Positions 37,501 to 51,675 of a DNA stretch of 64,000 bases are shown here, one piece after another. The stretch is from Atractiella rhizophila (lineage: Eukaryota), in NCBI GenBank assembly GCA_021432655.1, contig MU271430.1:1-64000 (forward strand), written 5' to 3'. Position 1 is the first letter of the stretch. The number at the start of each line of letters is the position of its first letter. The notes beneath the pieces are model-generated. The model saw only the letters and a list, made by a program, of their open reading frames with translations. It did not search any database and had not been told where the DNA came from. A program made the position numbers and the translations under genes.

Positions 37501-40347
37501 AGACTATCTCAATGGCTCCCTACTGGAACAAGTCCGTTGGCAAACCTTTTGGCAGCACACCGGATATCATTGCCGTCTCCCATGGCCACGGTGATCCGAA
37601 GCACGACCTTGTATGGGCTGTCCATCTCGACTCCAGCGGTCGATACGTCCGTCACCTCAAGCTGGAGAATCTTCGAGATCCCGAAAACAGGGAAAAGTTC
37701 AAGAGCTTCATCTTGGAGTTCAAATCCACTCTTTCAGCCATCGTCGTGGGAGGATTTACACCTTCTACAGCGAAGCTAATGGGAGACGTCAAGATTATCA
37801 CTGGTGCGGCAGCCGACGAGCTCAAAGCGGATATTCATTACGAGGACGCTCTTAACGATACCGCCAGAAGTGCAAAAGCCGCTTTCGATTGTCTCTATAT
37901 TCAAGACGACGTCGCAAGGATCTATCATGTCTCTCAACGTGCAGCGGAGGAGTTCCCATCATTGCCTCCGATTTTCAGGTATTGCGTCGGCCTTGCGAGG
38001 TATGCTCAGAGCCCAATCAACGAGTATGCGGCGTTGGGGAAGGATATGACCGCTGTTACTTATGATCCATGGCAGAAACTGGTTCGTCCTGACTTTCCTC
38101 CTGATGGCATTGATATGTATTGTGTCATAGTTGTCAAGGGAAAAGGTTATGAACTTTCTGGAAAGAGCGATGATCAACGTCATGAATCTTGTTGGCATCG
38201 ATATCAATAAAGCGGTTCACAACAACTACTACGCCACTCTCCTTCAGTACATATGCGGATTAGGGCCGCGGAAAGGTCAAGCCCTCATCAGTAAAATTTC
38301 ATCGAAGCTGGTACGTTGTATGGCTTGCGTACGCTTACAATATACTTACCAGGAGAAATTACAGGGAGGCCACGTTGTGTCCAGGCATCAACTTATCCAA
38401 ACGGAAGTCCTTACTCCTGGAGTATGGATGAACTGTGCCTCTTTCCTCGAGATCCCCCTTTCCAACGCACCCGACATTACCGCTCATGCAGAAGGAGTCG
38501 TCGAGGATGCTTTGGACGGCACACGCATTCACAACGAAGACTACGATATCGCGAGGAAGATGGCGGCGGACGCGATGGAGATGGACGAAGAGGAAGTTAG
38601 GGATATTGCGGAGAATCCTTCAAAGTACGTGAGGGATTTGATGCAGATCAAGGACAAGGCGAGGCGACTGGAAGAGCTGAGTCTGGACGACTTTTCGGAT
38701 CAGCTACAGTCGATTATGGGCGTACCGAAGAGGAGTTCTGTACATATGATCAGGGAGGAGATCCAAGATCCTTATGGGGAAAAGAGGTCACCTTTTAATC
38801 CACCTCAAGCGCGGGATGTTTTCACGATGCTCACTGGAGAGACCCGCGCAACTCTGGATCACGGTCTCATTATCCCCGTTGTAGTCACCAAGTTTCGTCC
38901 CGACGAGGGTGTCAACGTCCGACTGGATTCCGGTGTCGAGGGTGTTGTCTTCTCACAACACTTGTCTGATACTCCGACGAAAGCAGCAGAGGTCTTCCAT
39001 ATCGGTCAGACAGTGCAAGGAATGGTCATTGCCGTCAACCATCAGCAATTCAGCGTCGAGCTTTCCTGCCAAAATTCCGCTCTCGCTACAGGTGATGCAG
39101 ACTTCCGACGTGTAGCGGTGGACGTGTACTATGACCTCGATGCCGCGGACCAAGACAAAATGGCAATGGAGCGGAAGGCCAAAAGGAAATCCAACAAGCT
39201 AAGGAGAGTCGTTCAGCATCCCAACTTTCATAACTTCAACGCCGGTCAAGCGGAGCAGCACCTTGCTGGACGGCCCAGAGGCGATTGTGTCATTCGTCCT
39301 AGCTCAAGAGGCATGGATCATTTAGCTCTGACTTGGAAGGTTGATGAAGGAGTCTATCAACATCTTGGTTCGTTCTCTTCAGCAACCTCTTTCATTTGCT
39401 CACGTCTAGTTTTAGACATTTTAGAACTTGACAAGCCCAATGAAGCCTCCCTTGGGCGTACCCTGCGTGTCGGCGGAAAGTACTCGTACTCAGATCTCGA
39501 CGAGTTGATCTTCTCGCACGTAAAGGCCATGGCAAGGAAGGTGGAGGAAATGATGAACTCTGAAAAGTACAAAGGATCTGAGCAGGAACTGAGTGCGTTT
39601 TAACCTTGTCCGCTGCCGTTTTTGTGAGTTAGCATGGGCAGATACCTTTCTTACAAACTACGTCATGGCGAATCCTGACAAAAGCATCTACGCTTTTGGC
39701 ATTGACAAACGGAATCCTGGTCAATTTCTCTGTTCATTCAAAGCTAACTCTAGTAGTCCTATCCAGAGTTGGGTATGTCTCTTCCTGTACTTTCCTGGTT
39801 GTGGCTAACATTCTCTCAGTCTGTCAAACTGGTTCCAGGGGCTTTCGTGCTTCAAGACAAGTTTTCGGACCCTCTACCAGACATGGTTATGTTGGTGCGT
39901 CACTATTGGATCAGTATACCGTTTCATTGACCTTCAGGTCAGTGCAACGCATTCAAAACCCGATACACCGTCATGGGCCAACAGGCTCGAGCTGCTCCAG
40001 CACGCACCCAACCAACTCCCTATCACCAATCATCGCGAACTCCCAATCCATACGCCGCTCAAACCCCTATGCACCCGTCACGAACCCCAAATCCTTATGC
40101 CGCTCCTTCAGCTGGGTCCCACACGCCACATTACGGCGCTCCGACACCTCGAGTGCCACCTGTGGGCACTGTATATGCAACTACGCCTCATTATGGCGCT
40201 CCCACGCCTGTGTGGCCTCCACCTGGATCGCAGACTCCCAACTTCCCATATCAACAACCAGGCCCACAGCATGCAGGGTGGGGCGGAACCACGCCTGGTG
40301 GGCCTGGTGGCGGCGCGCTGCAGCAGCAGAGTTATGGATATCGTTAA
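34591..40347 (+). CDS. SPT6: Transcription elongation factor/histone chaperone Spt6, interrupted by an N gap and a reversed block
   Basis: Acidic N-terminus with GFIVDSDDEEE; YqgF region ARYAQSP; HhH GLGPRKG; LDGTRIH; S1 and tandem SH2 (HPNFHNFN, VIRPSS, YSDLDELI). Confidence 0.96.
34923..35537. other. Assembly gap (N run) within SPT6
   Basis: Run of n characters. Confidence 1.
35538..37485. other. SPT6 sequence reversed but not complemented
   Basis: Read right to left without complementing, it translates to DDYAWALE...DIFEPSQIASRLLTDEDEYIRSFDVPERMQL...VKPTEKGMSKIDDMHPYY|EFKYLKAKP...RNWLREEEEEFVG. Confidence 0.95.
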
Positions 40348-40847
40348 TTGTGATTGCATCTTCCTTGAAATCCTCCGAAAATGTACTACTTCTGTTTATG
40401 GTTGAAGGTAGTAAATAAAGCCCACAGCAGCACGGTGAGATAATGAGTGCTAATGACGAGCAGCCTTCATCTGGTGTGCCATAATATTATTTGCCCCTTT
40501 TTTTGCATGTTAATCTGTAATCTGCACCATGACTGTCAAACACGGCATCCGGTCCGCCTTACTCCTGTTTCGATTTCAAGGCAAACGGCAAACAATGATC
40601 AAGACCCCATGAGCAGCTCTTCCCGGCTAAACCTGGTACTGGTACGCTAAGCTCAAGGGGTTTCATGAAATGGGCTAGCATTGGTTTGTTATAAATCTCG
40701 CTTTATGATGGTGAAAAGGCCGAGAAATATCCTTCCCCATAAAATGGATGTCATCTCCACTCTCTATCCCTTTCATCGGTCCATCTATCGATCTATCCTC
40801 CCATCTTCTATACCAGTCAGATTCTGCTCTCATACCAACAGTACGAG

Positions 40848-42716
40848 ATGGGTGCACTCGGCGCTGAACTAGCCCCAGACAACCTCACAATCCCAACGAA
40901 GAACCTCGCCTTCGTTCTCCACGGCATAGACGATGTGAGTCTGCCCTCCAACATCATTCCATCCACTCACACCTTCACAGGTCAAATTTGAGACGCGCCC
41001 CGTTCCCAACGCGCAAGATCTCACTGGGGACCAGTCTGTCTTCTCATTACTATGAACATCTTGACTCATCAAAAGGATGGATGCAGGATCATCGTCTCCC
41101 CCCGGAAGACGGGCATCTGTGGTTCCGACGTCCACTACCTCAAACATGGCAAGATCGCAGATTTTATCGTCAAAGATCCTATGGTCCTGGGACACGAAAC
41201 TGCTGGCATAGTCGTGGCTGGTACATCTCGATGTCTCCTTTTTTGCCTATCACTCCATGGGCTAAAATGAACACAGTCGGGCCCAAGGTCACACACCTCA
41301 AGAAGGGGGATCGCGTCGCCCTCGAGCCCGGAGAGACATGCAGGACGTGCTACGACTGCAAAGCGGGCAGGTACGAACTTTGCCCGTCCATCGAGTTTGC
41401 CGCTACCCCTCCTTTTGTGAGTTTTCGTGGAGACTTCCTCTTCTCTCTCTCATATCGTTGTGATAAGCACTGACTGCATTGGCAGGACGGAACTCTCCAG
41501 GGATTCTACAAACTCCCTGGGGACCTGTACGTTCTTTGCTCACCTCTCCCTTCCCAATCGCTGACTTATCCGTTCGTAATCAAAGTGCCTACAAACTTCC
41601 CGACGTGAGTTACAATCTACTGCATCGAATATATCATATAACGAAACCGACTGTTTGCGTGATAACAGAATGTAACCCTAGAAGAAGGAGCGATGATCGA
41701 ACCGCTCTCCGTTGCGGTCCAAAGCGTGGCACGTATCGGAGGGATGAAGGCTGGGTTGAACGTCGCCATATTTGGGTTAGTTTTCTTCCATTTCTCTTTC
41801 TCCTCTTCTTTCTGTCGAATAAAAAGATAGTAACCCTGCTGTGAAGAGCCGGTCCAGTAGGACTCCTGGCTCAAGCAGTAGCAAAGGCATTAGGGGCTAG
41901 GAGGATAATTGCCGTCGACATCCAGGAGCGCAGGCTAGCTTTCGCGAACAAGTATGTTGGGTCAGAAACTTTCATTCCCCCCAAACGTGCGTCAATTCTA
42001 AACTCTCTGAGTCTTGTTTGTCTTACGTTTCTGTTTGATTTAGCGGAGGAGGGAGAACAGAGGATCGCGTATTCGAGGAGGGTAGCGGGGATCATGAAGG
42101 AGAAATTCAAAGTTGCGGACAGGGGATTGGAGGGCATCGACCTCGCTGTCGACTGCACTGGAGCTGAGGTCCGTCTCCCAACCTCCATCGTCCTCTACAC
42201 CGGAACGACCCAACTCGGGGCTTCTGAATGGAGACTGATGGAAGGCTGAGAACAGGCATGTATCCAAACTGCCCTCTACCTCGTCAAGGACGGCGGAACG
42301 TACGTCCAGGTGGGAATGGGCAACGAGTTCGTCCAAGTGCCTATCACAGCCATCCTCACCAAGGAAGTGACCATCAAGGGTTCCTTCCGGTTCGTCTCCC
42401 TTCCTACTGCTTGCACAAAATATTTCCTGATGTTTTCTGTTTGGGTATTGATTTCGACGATAGGTACGGACCGGGCGTGTATGAGCAGGCAATAGATTTG
42501 GTAGCTAGGGGCCTTGTAGACTTGAAGCCACTCATCACGCATCGTTACAAGTTCAAGGATGCAATTCGAGCCTTTAAGACCACTCAGGTTCGTGTTTCTC
42601 CTTCTCTCCTCCTGCGATGTTTGACGCTGTGTGATGTCCTTTCGTTCTAGGACGCGAAGGGGGAGGATGGGGAGGATGCGATCAAGACCATCATCGATGG
42701 ATACGATGATGATTGA
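40848..42716 (+). CDS. Zn-dependent polyol dehydrogenase (xylitol/sorbitol dehydrogenase, MDR family), multi-exon
   Basis: [25 protein letters not shown], CxxCxxC...C structural Zn site, IEPLSVA, G(A)GPVG, GSFRYG, LITHRY. Confidence 0.95.
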
Positions 42717-43092
42717 ACCAGGTAGGTACAAGGAAGATGCCGCTTGCGGACGAAATTGGGCCGCGTTAACAATGTTGTGAGGAATATCAAACGTCGACCC
42801 TTACGTGTAATTCGATACAGAGGAAGTTACAAAGACGCCCCAGTGTACAGTGTTGCATGACCATGTAGAATGGTATAGAGCGGCTGGAGCAATCTCTGAA
42901 TCGGAAGATGAACCCTCCATTTCAAACCTATGGCATGAAGAAAGGGCAAGAATGAAAGACAAGAGACTGATGTAAGCATTAACCATGACTGTACATAGAG
43001 TGAAGAGACTATGAATGTTAAGGGACGTATTCTACCTGCTTGCTCACAGATGACGCACGTCAAAGAGACGCCGTAAAGGATTTTGCCATCTT

Positions 43093-46000
43093 CTACGCTT
43101 TCGCGCCGCTGAAGAACCAAGCGGAGCCAGCAGTACGTTTCTCTGCGAACTTAATGTTAGCTATTGAAGGGTTTAAAACAAAATGATGCTCACCAGATGG
43201 TGCTGCTTCACCACCACCTCGCAGAGGTTTTGCTATCCGCCCAAAGCTAAGCGGAACTCCCTGTGCCGGTTTTTGCGCTGTAACAAACGTCAGCAATATG
43301 ATTGCAGGGACTGAGCATGCATACCTCTCGCGTGCTCTAATCTCTCACGAACAGCTTGGAGTTGGGCTTCGAACTTCGCGTTCTGGGTATTGAGTTTGTC
43401 TTGCGCATCTTGAAGAAGGGTTTCTAGAGATTGAATGCGCTCGTTCCTAGCGAGGAGCTTCCTCTCCGCAATGGCGACGTCTTTCTTCAGCGAGGAGTTT
43501 TGCTCCACGAGCTAGAAACCGGTGTCACGAAGTTTAGGAGAGTAGCGGTCAACAAACCTGTTTCTGAACAAGCGTAAGCTGATCCAGGTTACGGGTGAGG
43601 AAGTCCATCTTCCGCTGCTGAGCCTTGCTATTAGAATTCCGAAGTACGTTATTGTACTGTTCCCTCGTTTCATCGAGGGAAATCTCGAGCTCGACAACCT
43701 AAAACTAGGGATGAGCTTTGCTCGTAAAAAGAGCGAGCCTATACCTTCTCGCAACGGTTTTGGAGATCCCTCATGAGAGACTTCTTCATGGTATCAAAGT
43801 CCGCGAGTTGAGCGGCCATCGTTTTCCTAATCCTCTCCATATCCTTCGCGCTTTCCGCGAGGTTCTTTCCGCCTTCGATTCCTGCGGCAGTGACAGCAAA
43901 TGCGCGCTACAAAAAGACATCAGCGTTCTAATATTATATTGAGAGAATAAACGACCTTCAACTCTTCGTTTGCGCCTTTAAGAGCTTCGACTGTAACACC
44001 CAGAGATTTAATTTCTTGAACCTTCAAGTCAAGTTGCTGTTTGAGGTCCGAAATTTCGTTCTGGGCTGCTTCTCGTTTGAGAGAGTATTGAGCTTCAAGT
44101 TTAGTCTCAATGGATAAGTCAGTCTACCATTAGGCTGCACAATTGGCGATGGCGTACCTTGAGGTCCTGAGCAGTTTGAGATATATCAGCATCCCGCTCC
44201 TCCTCTTCCTGAATCGTCTTGTCCAGCAGCTCCTCGTACTCAGTCTCCAAGGTCACAAGCCTGCCTTCGAGTTCGTCACGACGTCTGATCAGAATTTCAT
44301 TCTCTTCTTGGGCTTGACGAAGGCGCTCCTGCTGTTCGTTCGCGAGAGTCTGCGAGTCGGCAAGCTGGCGACGGAAGAGGGAGATATCCTCAGGAGTGAG
44401 CTCGCGCTCTGAATTCATCGCGTCGTCCAACTTGGAGAGGGATGAGCGGATCTGCTCTTCCTTCTCCGAAATAACGCCCTGCGTAGAGACCGTTCACATG
44501 GATTAAGGAAGCCGGGAACAAGAAAACTAACAGTATCAAAGCCTGCCATCATCTGTGCCATTTTCTCCTGCTTCTTCTTCTCCTTTCCCTCTTGCGTTAT
44601 GCTCTTCTGAGTAGCCTTCAGCTCATTAAGGGACGCCTAACGGCTTTCTTAGCAAAACCAATGGGAGAAAATGTCACATACCCTAAGTTCTTCTAACTCC
44701 TTCGTCAAATCTGTATTCTGCTCCTTTAGTGCGTCACTGGTGATAGCGGCTTCCTTGTTCTCGTAGCTTAGCCGTTCCAGCTGTAGTCTGAGGTCGTTCA
44801 GCTCCGTAGACATCGTCTTGTTTTCGTTCGAGACCGTTCCTTCCTGCTCCTTTAGGAACTGAAGCTCTTCCTTCATATCTTTCGTTGATTTCTCCAATGC
44901 TGCTAAGGCTGATTCCTATCCATCCAATATTTAGCATCTTCCTTCTGTAGTATCAGAAAACAGCGCAAACCTTTTCCGCCAATTGATCAGTTAGTTCATT
45001 CTCCCTCCTCAGGAAGTCGTCACGCTCATCCTTATCCAATCCCACCACCGTCGGTGTCTGCGGTCTTGAATCAAGCTCTCCCGCGACGTCCTGCAGTGCA
45101 CGATGGACAGGAGTGAAAGGTCTCGAGGAGGCAGCAGATGAGGGTTCCTTCGCACTTGGGGGAGGGGAGAGAGCCTTCTTGTCCCCACTCGCGATCTTCT
45201 CCAGCTCTCCGGGAGAAAGACCCAATGCCTTCTCCATCGAGGCCCATGCTTCCTTGTCCACTTTCCCTCCGGATCGCCAGATGTTGATTTCTTGCTCTAA
45301 GAGTGAGATATAGGCGTGAGAATTTGCAACGTCGCGTTGCGCTTTCTTCAGGAGTGCTTTAAGTTCGGCGGGGGAGAGCTCAGCGTTGACTCTAGCCTTG
45401 TTCTTGATCGACTTAGCTCTGCGACCCAAACAGAATGAGATGGACAGCAAGCAAACGGAGGGAAACAGACCGAACACCAAAGCGTAAGGTTGAAAGTGTT
45501 TCCGCTTCATTGTAGCTCGCAGGAGAACAGTTGATAACGAGTGTTGTGCGAGAGTTCCCTCCTAAAGATTCTTGAAGGATTCTAGTGAGCTTAGAGTCTC
45601 GATATGGGATATGACCGCTCTACTTCCCCAAGTGCGTCAGCGTGCTATCCACGCTTGACCCTAACCCATCCCTAAACTAGAGAGACAACGACGCACTTTT
45701 CCATCGGTAAGTGCATTGATAACCATTCCTAACGCTGACAAAGATTTGTTGATCTTCTTCGCCTCCTCCAGCGTCTGGCCGCTCGCACCAGTCTTCCCGA
45801 CCTTCTCACTACCAGCTAAATCAACGAGATAGAGACTCCCAGTCTTCTGCGTTCCCGTTTCCGTGTTCCTGCAGTTGATGGTGATAACGAAGATGGAATG
45901 CGACCGCGAGGACTCAGCATTCATGTCTGCACGTCGTCGTTAGCAATGCACATGGAGATATAGTAGAGCAGACGCACTGGTAGCTGTAATTGCTCGATTG

Positions 46001-46803
46001 TTCCCACCCTGCCGCATGATCTCGTACACCTCAGGCGCGCTCCCGACGTAGTAGTCGGAGAGGCCTTTGACGTATACACCTTTATTCTTCTCTTCATGAA
46101 TCGGTAAATTGTCGTTTTGAGCTGGAAATAAACGATGATGAGGAAGCAGACAAACAATGAAGAAGAAAGGAGACAGACGGGCGAGAAGATCGCGAATACG
46201 TTCCATGTAGATTTCCATATAGGAAACCTTGACGAGGTACTCGAGATTTGCAGGAGATGCCATGATGGATTCAAAGATCTGTTCCGTTATTCGCGGAGTG
46301 ATACCCTTGAGGGAATTGTCGTCGATGTTACCCTACGGTCAAGTACAACTCGTTTCATGCTGGGGCAAAACAGAGCGACAGAGTTGGCGCACCATCATGG
46401 TCCACGACTTTCCGGCTCCCGTTTGACCATAAGCAAATACCGTTCCGTTGTATCCATTCATAACATCTAGCTACCTGTTGGCACCCATAGCTGTAACTGG
46501 AGACAGAACAGAAGGCGCACCATCAACAATTCCCCTAACCCCATACTCGAAGACCTCTTCTTGCTGCGTCTCCATGGGAAACACCCTGTCAAAAGCAAAG
46601 CCGGCAGCATCGGGGCCTTTCATTGTCTCTTGGCTTTTCAACTTGACGGTGGTGCGGTCATCGTCGATTTGAACGATGATATCGGAGTTGAGAGACTTCT
46701 CAGTGGCGTTTGGTGGTCGAAAACTGGCCAATTCTTTGGTGATCAATTACAATGACCATGAAACGACTAACCGACAAACGACCTTGATGTTGTTGCCAGA
46801 CAT
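43093..46803 (-). CDS. Kinesin-1 heavy chain (conventional fungal kinesin), multi-exon
   Basis: [15 protein letters not shown]-loop [28 protein letters not shown], coiled coil, tail [10 protein letters not shown]. Confidence 0.97.
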
Positions 46804-47129
46804 TGTGGTATTATGTACTGTAAGAGCTCATCGTGAAACGGGCAGTGGGCTGGAGTGTAGAAACGTACCTGAGAACCGCAACAAAAGGTATCAGGAGGAA
46901 AGGTACGAGAAGGACTAGGGGAGTATCCTAGGAGGGTCTAGTGAGATATCGCGTTGAAGGGGGCGGAGGGTCGTGAATCTCGTTGCTACTTTCTTGCTGC
47001 CGCTTGGGGGAGAGTAAGCCCCTCAAAGGGTCAATAAGCCGAAGGTTCGCATTTTTGAAAGAGATTGGTTTTGATCAAGTTGTGATCGATATTCATCATG
47101 CTGCAAAACGACTGGCAGCTTAACCGTCA

Positions 47130-48280
47130 TATCACTCAAATACTCTCGTCACACATGTTCTCAAGGCTCTTGATGGCATCTTCCAGTAGCTGCAGCTAAT
47201 CCTTCCCTCATTGTGAGGAGCTGCGTAGGTGCTTGATGATTGCTCTGCGCTAGATACGTGCATTCCTTATTACTTTTTGGATGAGACCGTGAGGAAGAGC
47301 ACAAACCTTTGATAGCACCTTTAAGTTTCACCACAACAGCATCGTCCGACTCCCCATTTAACTCTTCCTCACCTAGCCGACTTGCATCCCCTTCCTCTGG
47401 TGTAGCCGCAGTCAGAGACAGCTCGATTCCCCCGTGACATTGAGTGTTGGGCTTAAGTCATGTGGCGTTTCGTAGTTTGCGCAAGTTTTTCACTTGAATT
47501 TCGGATTGCTTTTGAGTATCTTTCACAGCGGGCAAAGTTGGATATTCGGGTGACTAGTTGTCTTGTGTAGCAGACAAACATGGACAGGTGTTATTGTGAT
47601 GAGTCGTTAACGTGCATCTGAATTGATTGGAAGAGCGAAATTCGCGGCCGTCGGTAACAAAATTACAAAACCCTTTCTCACTTTGTTGTTGGTCAACGGA
47701 GAAGAGTCCTGTCGTTTGCCATAAAGCCCTTGCCAAAGAACCTCCTCTGTGTATTCCCATCGTATCTGCCCCTTGTTTGACATGAAACCCTGGGCGTCCT
47801 TTCAAGAAAGACCCAAGGCCGAAATTTAACGCAGCCGTGTCGCCTCTGGAGCGACAGTCGGAATCGAGCCCCTAACCTTTAATCTGACAACTACTTCAAT
47901 TTGTCTCAAGACCGAGGTAACCCGGAGCGAAACGCAACATTCATGAATGTGACAGACTCTGGCTTTCTGTTCTAAACTGGCAACCATCAAACCACAGCAG
48001 CATTCCTCTTTGATTTGCCCACATGTTGATGCACCTTGTGACAGTGGTCCTAGATCGATCCAAACAAATGGACAAACGGTTACAAGGGCACTGCGATTGA
48101 TCTGACATTGACATTGCTTGAAGTGCCGCATTCAGTCGACAAGCTTCGAAGGTCAAAGACTTTTGTGATCAATGGACATGCCAACATTGTTACCCTGTCA
48201 TCCTGTTTGTGCCTAATTTTCTGCGAAACGAGAAACACCCATAAATATGCCAAACAACACAAAGCAAAACCAATAAAAAT
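47130..48280 (-). mobile_element. Decayed hAT-family transposase remnant
   Basis: Fragments in hAT order across broken frames: SRTTVTRCI, G.HRGGSLA (cf. HTGxNLA), SATQDN (cf. TTDNAS), TLNV (cf. AHxLNL), RAIIKHLRSSSQ (cf. RxIVxxIRSSPQ). Many stops. Confidence 0.5.
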
Positions 48281-49885
48281 CATTTGAAGATCTCATTCAC
48301 TTCTCAGAACGCGTGGCTCATCCTTAGAACTGGAACTAGAACCGACCCTTTGACAACGACTCCAACTTAATATCTAGGGGTTCGGATCGAAACCTATTAA
48401 CCCTCGGCATACTGTTCTCGACTGACACTAAATGAGCTGGTGACAGGCATGAGCCTTATTCACTCTCTGACTTATCTACTCGGTCCCAAAACTCATAAGA
48501 TCGAACTATTAAAAATCCAATGGACGACAATTGCGTGATCTCTTGGATCAGTGACAAAACAACTGGATGGAAGGGAATATCAGATTATGGGCATTAAAAT
48601 GCTCGGTTAGAACAATAAGGGTAATCTCAAACAACACAAACATTTTCTGACCATTTTCCGTACCGTACCGCTGGGTGGACGAGTTTAAATTGAGGCAGTT
48701 TCAGAACCGGCGTCGCACTCGACCGCACCTCTCTGTCGATCGTGAGGGTCCTACCACATTATGTCCGTCGCTCTAATAAACCCTCTCTCCTACTTTCTTC
48801 TCCTGCACACATCGCCATGGTGTTACACTTCTGTTATTCTCTTCTCTCCCCTGCTTTTGATAACTATCGTCACTTAATACGTGACCTGTGCGTGAGTCAA
48901 CAGTGATGCTCGCACTGATGGCCTAAGGAGAGTCACCGAAGGATGGACACTTGTGCAAAGACGTTACGGGTGTTACGGGCCATCGGTCGTGGTGTAGCCA
49001 GGTATGTCATTTCTTTACTTTATGGCTGGTTTCTGTGAGCAGGAGATGGATCGATTCTGTCGACGAAGTTAGGGTGAATGGTGAATGGGCAATCCCGAAG
49101 AAGCACCAGCATCTGGCTTCTAAGCACCCTTTTTCTTAACTTCGTTCTACAACCGTTACTTATCTATCCTTTCTCGTAACAGTTTCTCTCCCTTCGGGGT
49201 TTGAAATACTTAGTCAGATGGATTGAGGTGTGACAATGCAGGTAGATGAGGCATGAGGTGTTGGCTTTTGGAGAAGGATAGAGGACAACACATCTAAACA
49301 TCGGCGAGCATTACCTCTCTTGTCGTCCTTGACGTCGCTTTGGAGAATTTTGTGCTCCCCGTCGCCTTCGTCTTTGAACAGTGCTTCAATGCCTTGCGTG
49401 GTCTCGTTTAGTTGAATAGTACCCGCAGTTCTCCTTGGATTTCGCCCGATGCGCTGAAGGCGAATGTCCGTCCTGGAAAACAGCCTATCATTGACTGTTG
49501 GGAGCCTACAACGGCTACTTTGATGGAACTACTGCAATGCTACATTCACCCTGTTGCCTTCATTTCCGGGTAACCACGACAAGTGAAACCACGCTTTTAC
49601 CTCAGCTTACACTTTTGGTACAAGAACGGGGATGTCAGCGATCATGACAGCCGGAGAGGACAGGAGATCTGGCACGGTCTCGCCAGACCCGACGATCAAA
49701 AAGGACTGGATACAAAGTGGAACCCAGCCGATCGGGTTGTTTGCCAAAGATGCTTCGCCCAAGCTTGCGCTTGGGGAACATGATGGATGACCATAACGGC
49801 ATGACCTGGCTTCTCCCCAGCGGTTTCTCGTACACAAGTTGAGTGTTTCGAGGAGAAGCGAGCGCTCAATCCGAGCAAGCAGGAT

Positions 49886-51013
49886 ATGGGAGACTCCCAT
49901 GCGTATACGTCTTCTGACCCAGAAGAACCAGAAGCAACAAACTTCAACTTCCCCCCAAGCATCTATCAAAATCAGCCTCCAGTTGTTTTATCATCCAACT
50001 TCGAGGCTGGACCCCAATGGAACCCTTCTAGTCACTCGGTCATTCCCCATGGCTCCTTGCATCAGTCACCGAATCGAGACTTCCGACCACCCATGGCAGC
50101 CGATTTAACCCCCATCCCAAACCACCTACGATTTCCTTGGACCTTTAACTCCCCGATTTCTTATCAGAACCGTCAACCTAACCATCCTATTTATGCTCCT
50201 CTCCCACCGCCATTCTCCCCCATGGCAGTTAGACTAACTCATCAAACTGGCAACGTGCATGGCGCGTCTGCTAGTTTGATCTCCACGTCTCCCTACAACC
50301 TTTTAGAGACGTTCCTATCTGATTCCCCGAATGCGAATCCTAGGTTTGCTCGGCTCTCTGTCGTGCATCCAACTCTTAACTATGACCACATGGTCATGAA
50401 TCCTACCCCGTTCGAAACCCTACCCAACGACTTTGGCAGCACGGGTATGTCTTCCTGTCGATATCTTGTTTGGGCCGATCGCAACTTGTCTATAGGAATG
50501 AATGCTGCGGCAGCTCCCAACGAAGCTGGTGTGGTTGTGGACAGAGAGTTTGAGAAGATCCTGGCAGGTTCAGCCGTGGAGTCTACCAACCTACATAGGC
50601 AAAACAGTACGCTGCCTTCTCAGCTGATTACTTTATGGTCAGATGTGTATCATGTAGCTGTCAAATCTCAGAAAACACTGGAGATCACAACCCTTAAGCG
50701 AACCTTCATCCTCTATTTTTCAAGAGAAGAAAAAAGGATTTGGGTGTGGGAAGAACTCCTGTTTCATGAACTTGACCCAGTCCAGGAAGGCTTAGACGGG
50801 CCAGTCATCTTTGGACCCAGTACTAGTCCAGCATATGTGGAGGTTACTTTGGACGGAAAGGTGTGTTTACCTTCCTCGGCGAATCACAGAGAGCGAAACA
50901 GTGCGCGACCTGACTCAGCTGCTTCCTGTCTGATCTATGCAACAGATTTTCTAAGGGGCCAATTAAAATCAATCGGTAGGCTGCTCAGCACCATTTATTA
51001 TTTCTCGAACTAA
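49886..51013 (+). CDS. Hypothetical protein with Pro-rich N-terminal half; probably has extra 5' and 3' exons
   Basis: 375-aa ORF; no family recognised. Confidence 0.5.
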   Translation: MGDSHAYTSSDPEEPEATNFNFPPSIYQNQPPVVLSSNFEAGPQWNPSSHSVIPHGSLHQSPNRDFRPPMAADLTPIPNHLRFPWTFNSPISYQNRQPNHPIYAPLPPPFSPMAVRLTHQTGNVHGASASLISTSPYNLLETFLSDSPNANPRFARLSVVHPTLNYDHMVMNPTPFETLPNDFGSTGMSSCRYLVWADRNLSIGMNAAAAPNEAGVVVDREFEKILAGSAVESTNLHRQNSTLPSQLITLWSDVYHVAVKSQKTLEITTLKRTFILYFSREEKRIWVWEELLFHELDPVQEGLDGPVIFGPSTSPAYVEVTLDGKVCLPSSANHRERNSARPDSAASCLIYATDFLRGQLKSIGRLLSTIYYFSN

Positions 51014-51675
51014 TGATAGTATCTCCACGTAAGTGATTGTGCACACAGGCCATCATTCAAATTTGATGACAAGAAGCGACCGTCAGTTATCTTGTAAGCC
51101 GTTCCTCTATTGTGCTATCTAGAAGTGTTGCTGCTTAGGGAGCGATGTAGGAATCATATAACCAATCGAGAACGCTGCCCGCTGCACAAGAAATATCCAG
51201 ACTTGATTCAATTTGCAGAATGGTGTCGAGATCTCTGAAACAAACAACGAACTTAACGCTCTATGCCGTTCAATAGCTCACATTTGTCTGCTCTGGTCCA
51301 ACCGTCGCCGTATACTAGCCGTGTCTCCGAAGATCCTCATTACTTGAGTTACAGCTGCTGGTTCCTTTCATCGTTTTGCTTCCGTACCTTTTTCATTAAT
51401 TGATGAGCCCGTCTGTGTTGCATGTTGTTGCTTTGATACTATGTCTTCGTTTCATCCACTTCCACCTCCCACCCAGAGCATCATCCATCCAAAAGCCAGT
51501 ACGGTAACCAATGCCATTGCTTCTCCTGGATGCGATAAAAGTACATGGAAATGTAGACGTTCTCTGTACCAGTTGTAGACTTATGTGATTTTCTTCAAAG
51601 AAAGCCGTTGACAACATCCCCTGAAGGCAGGAGTTTAAGGTGGTGTCAGTTGTGCAAGCCACTAACAGAACTTTA

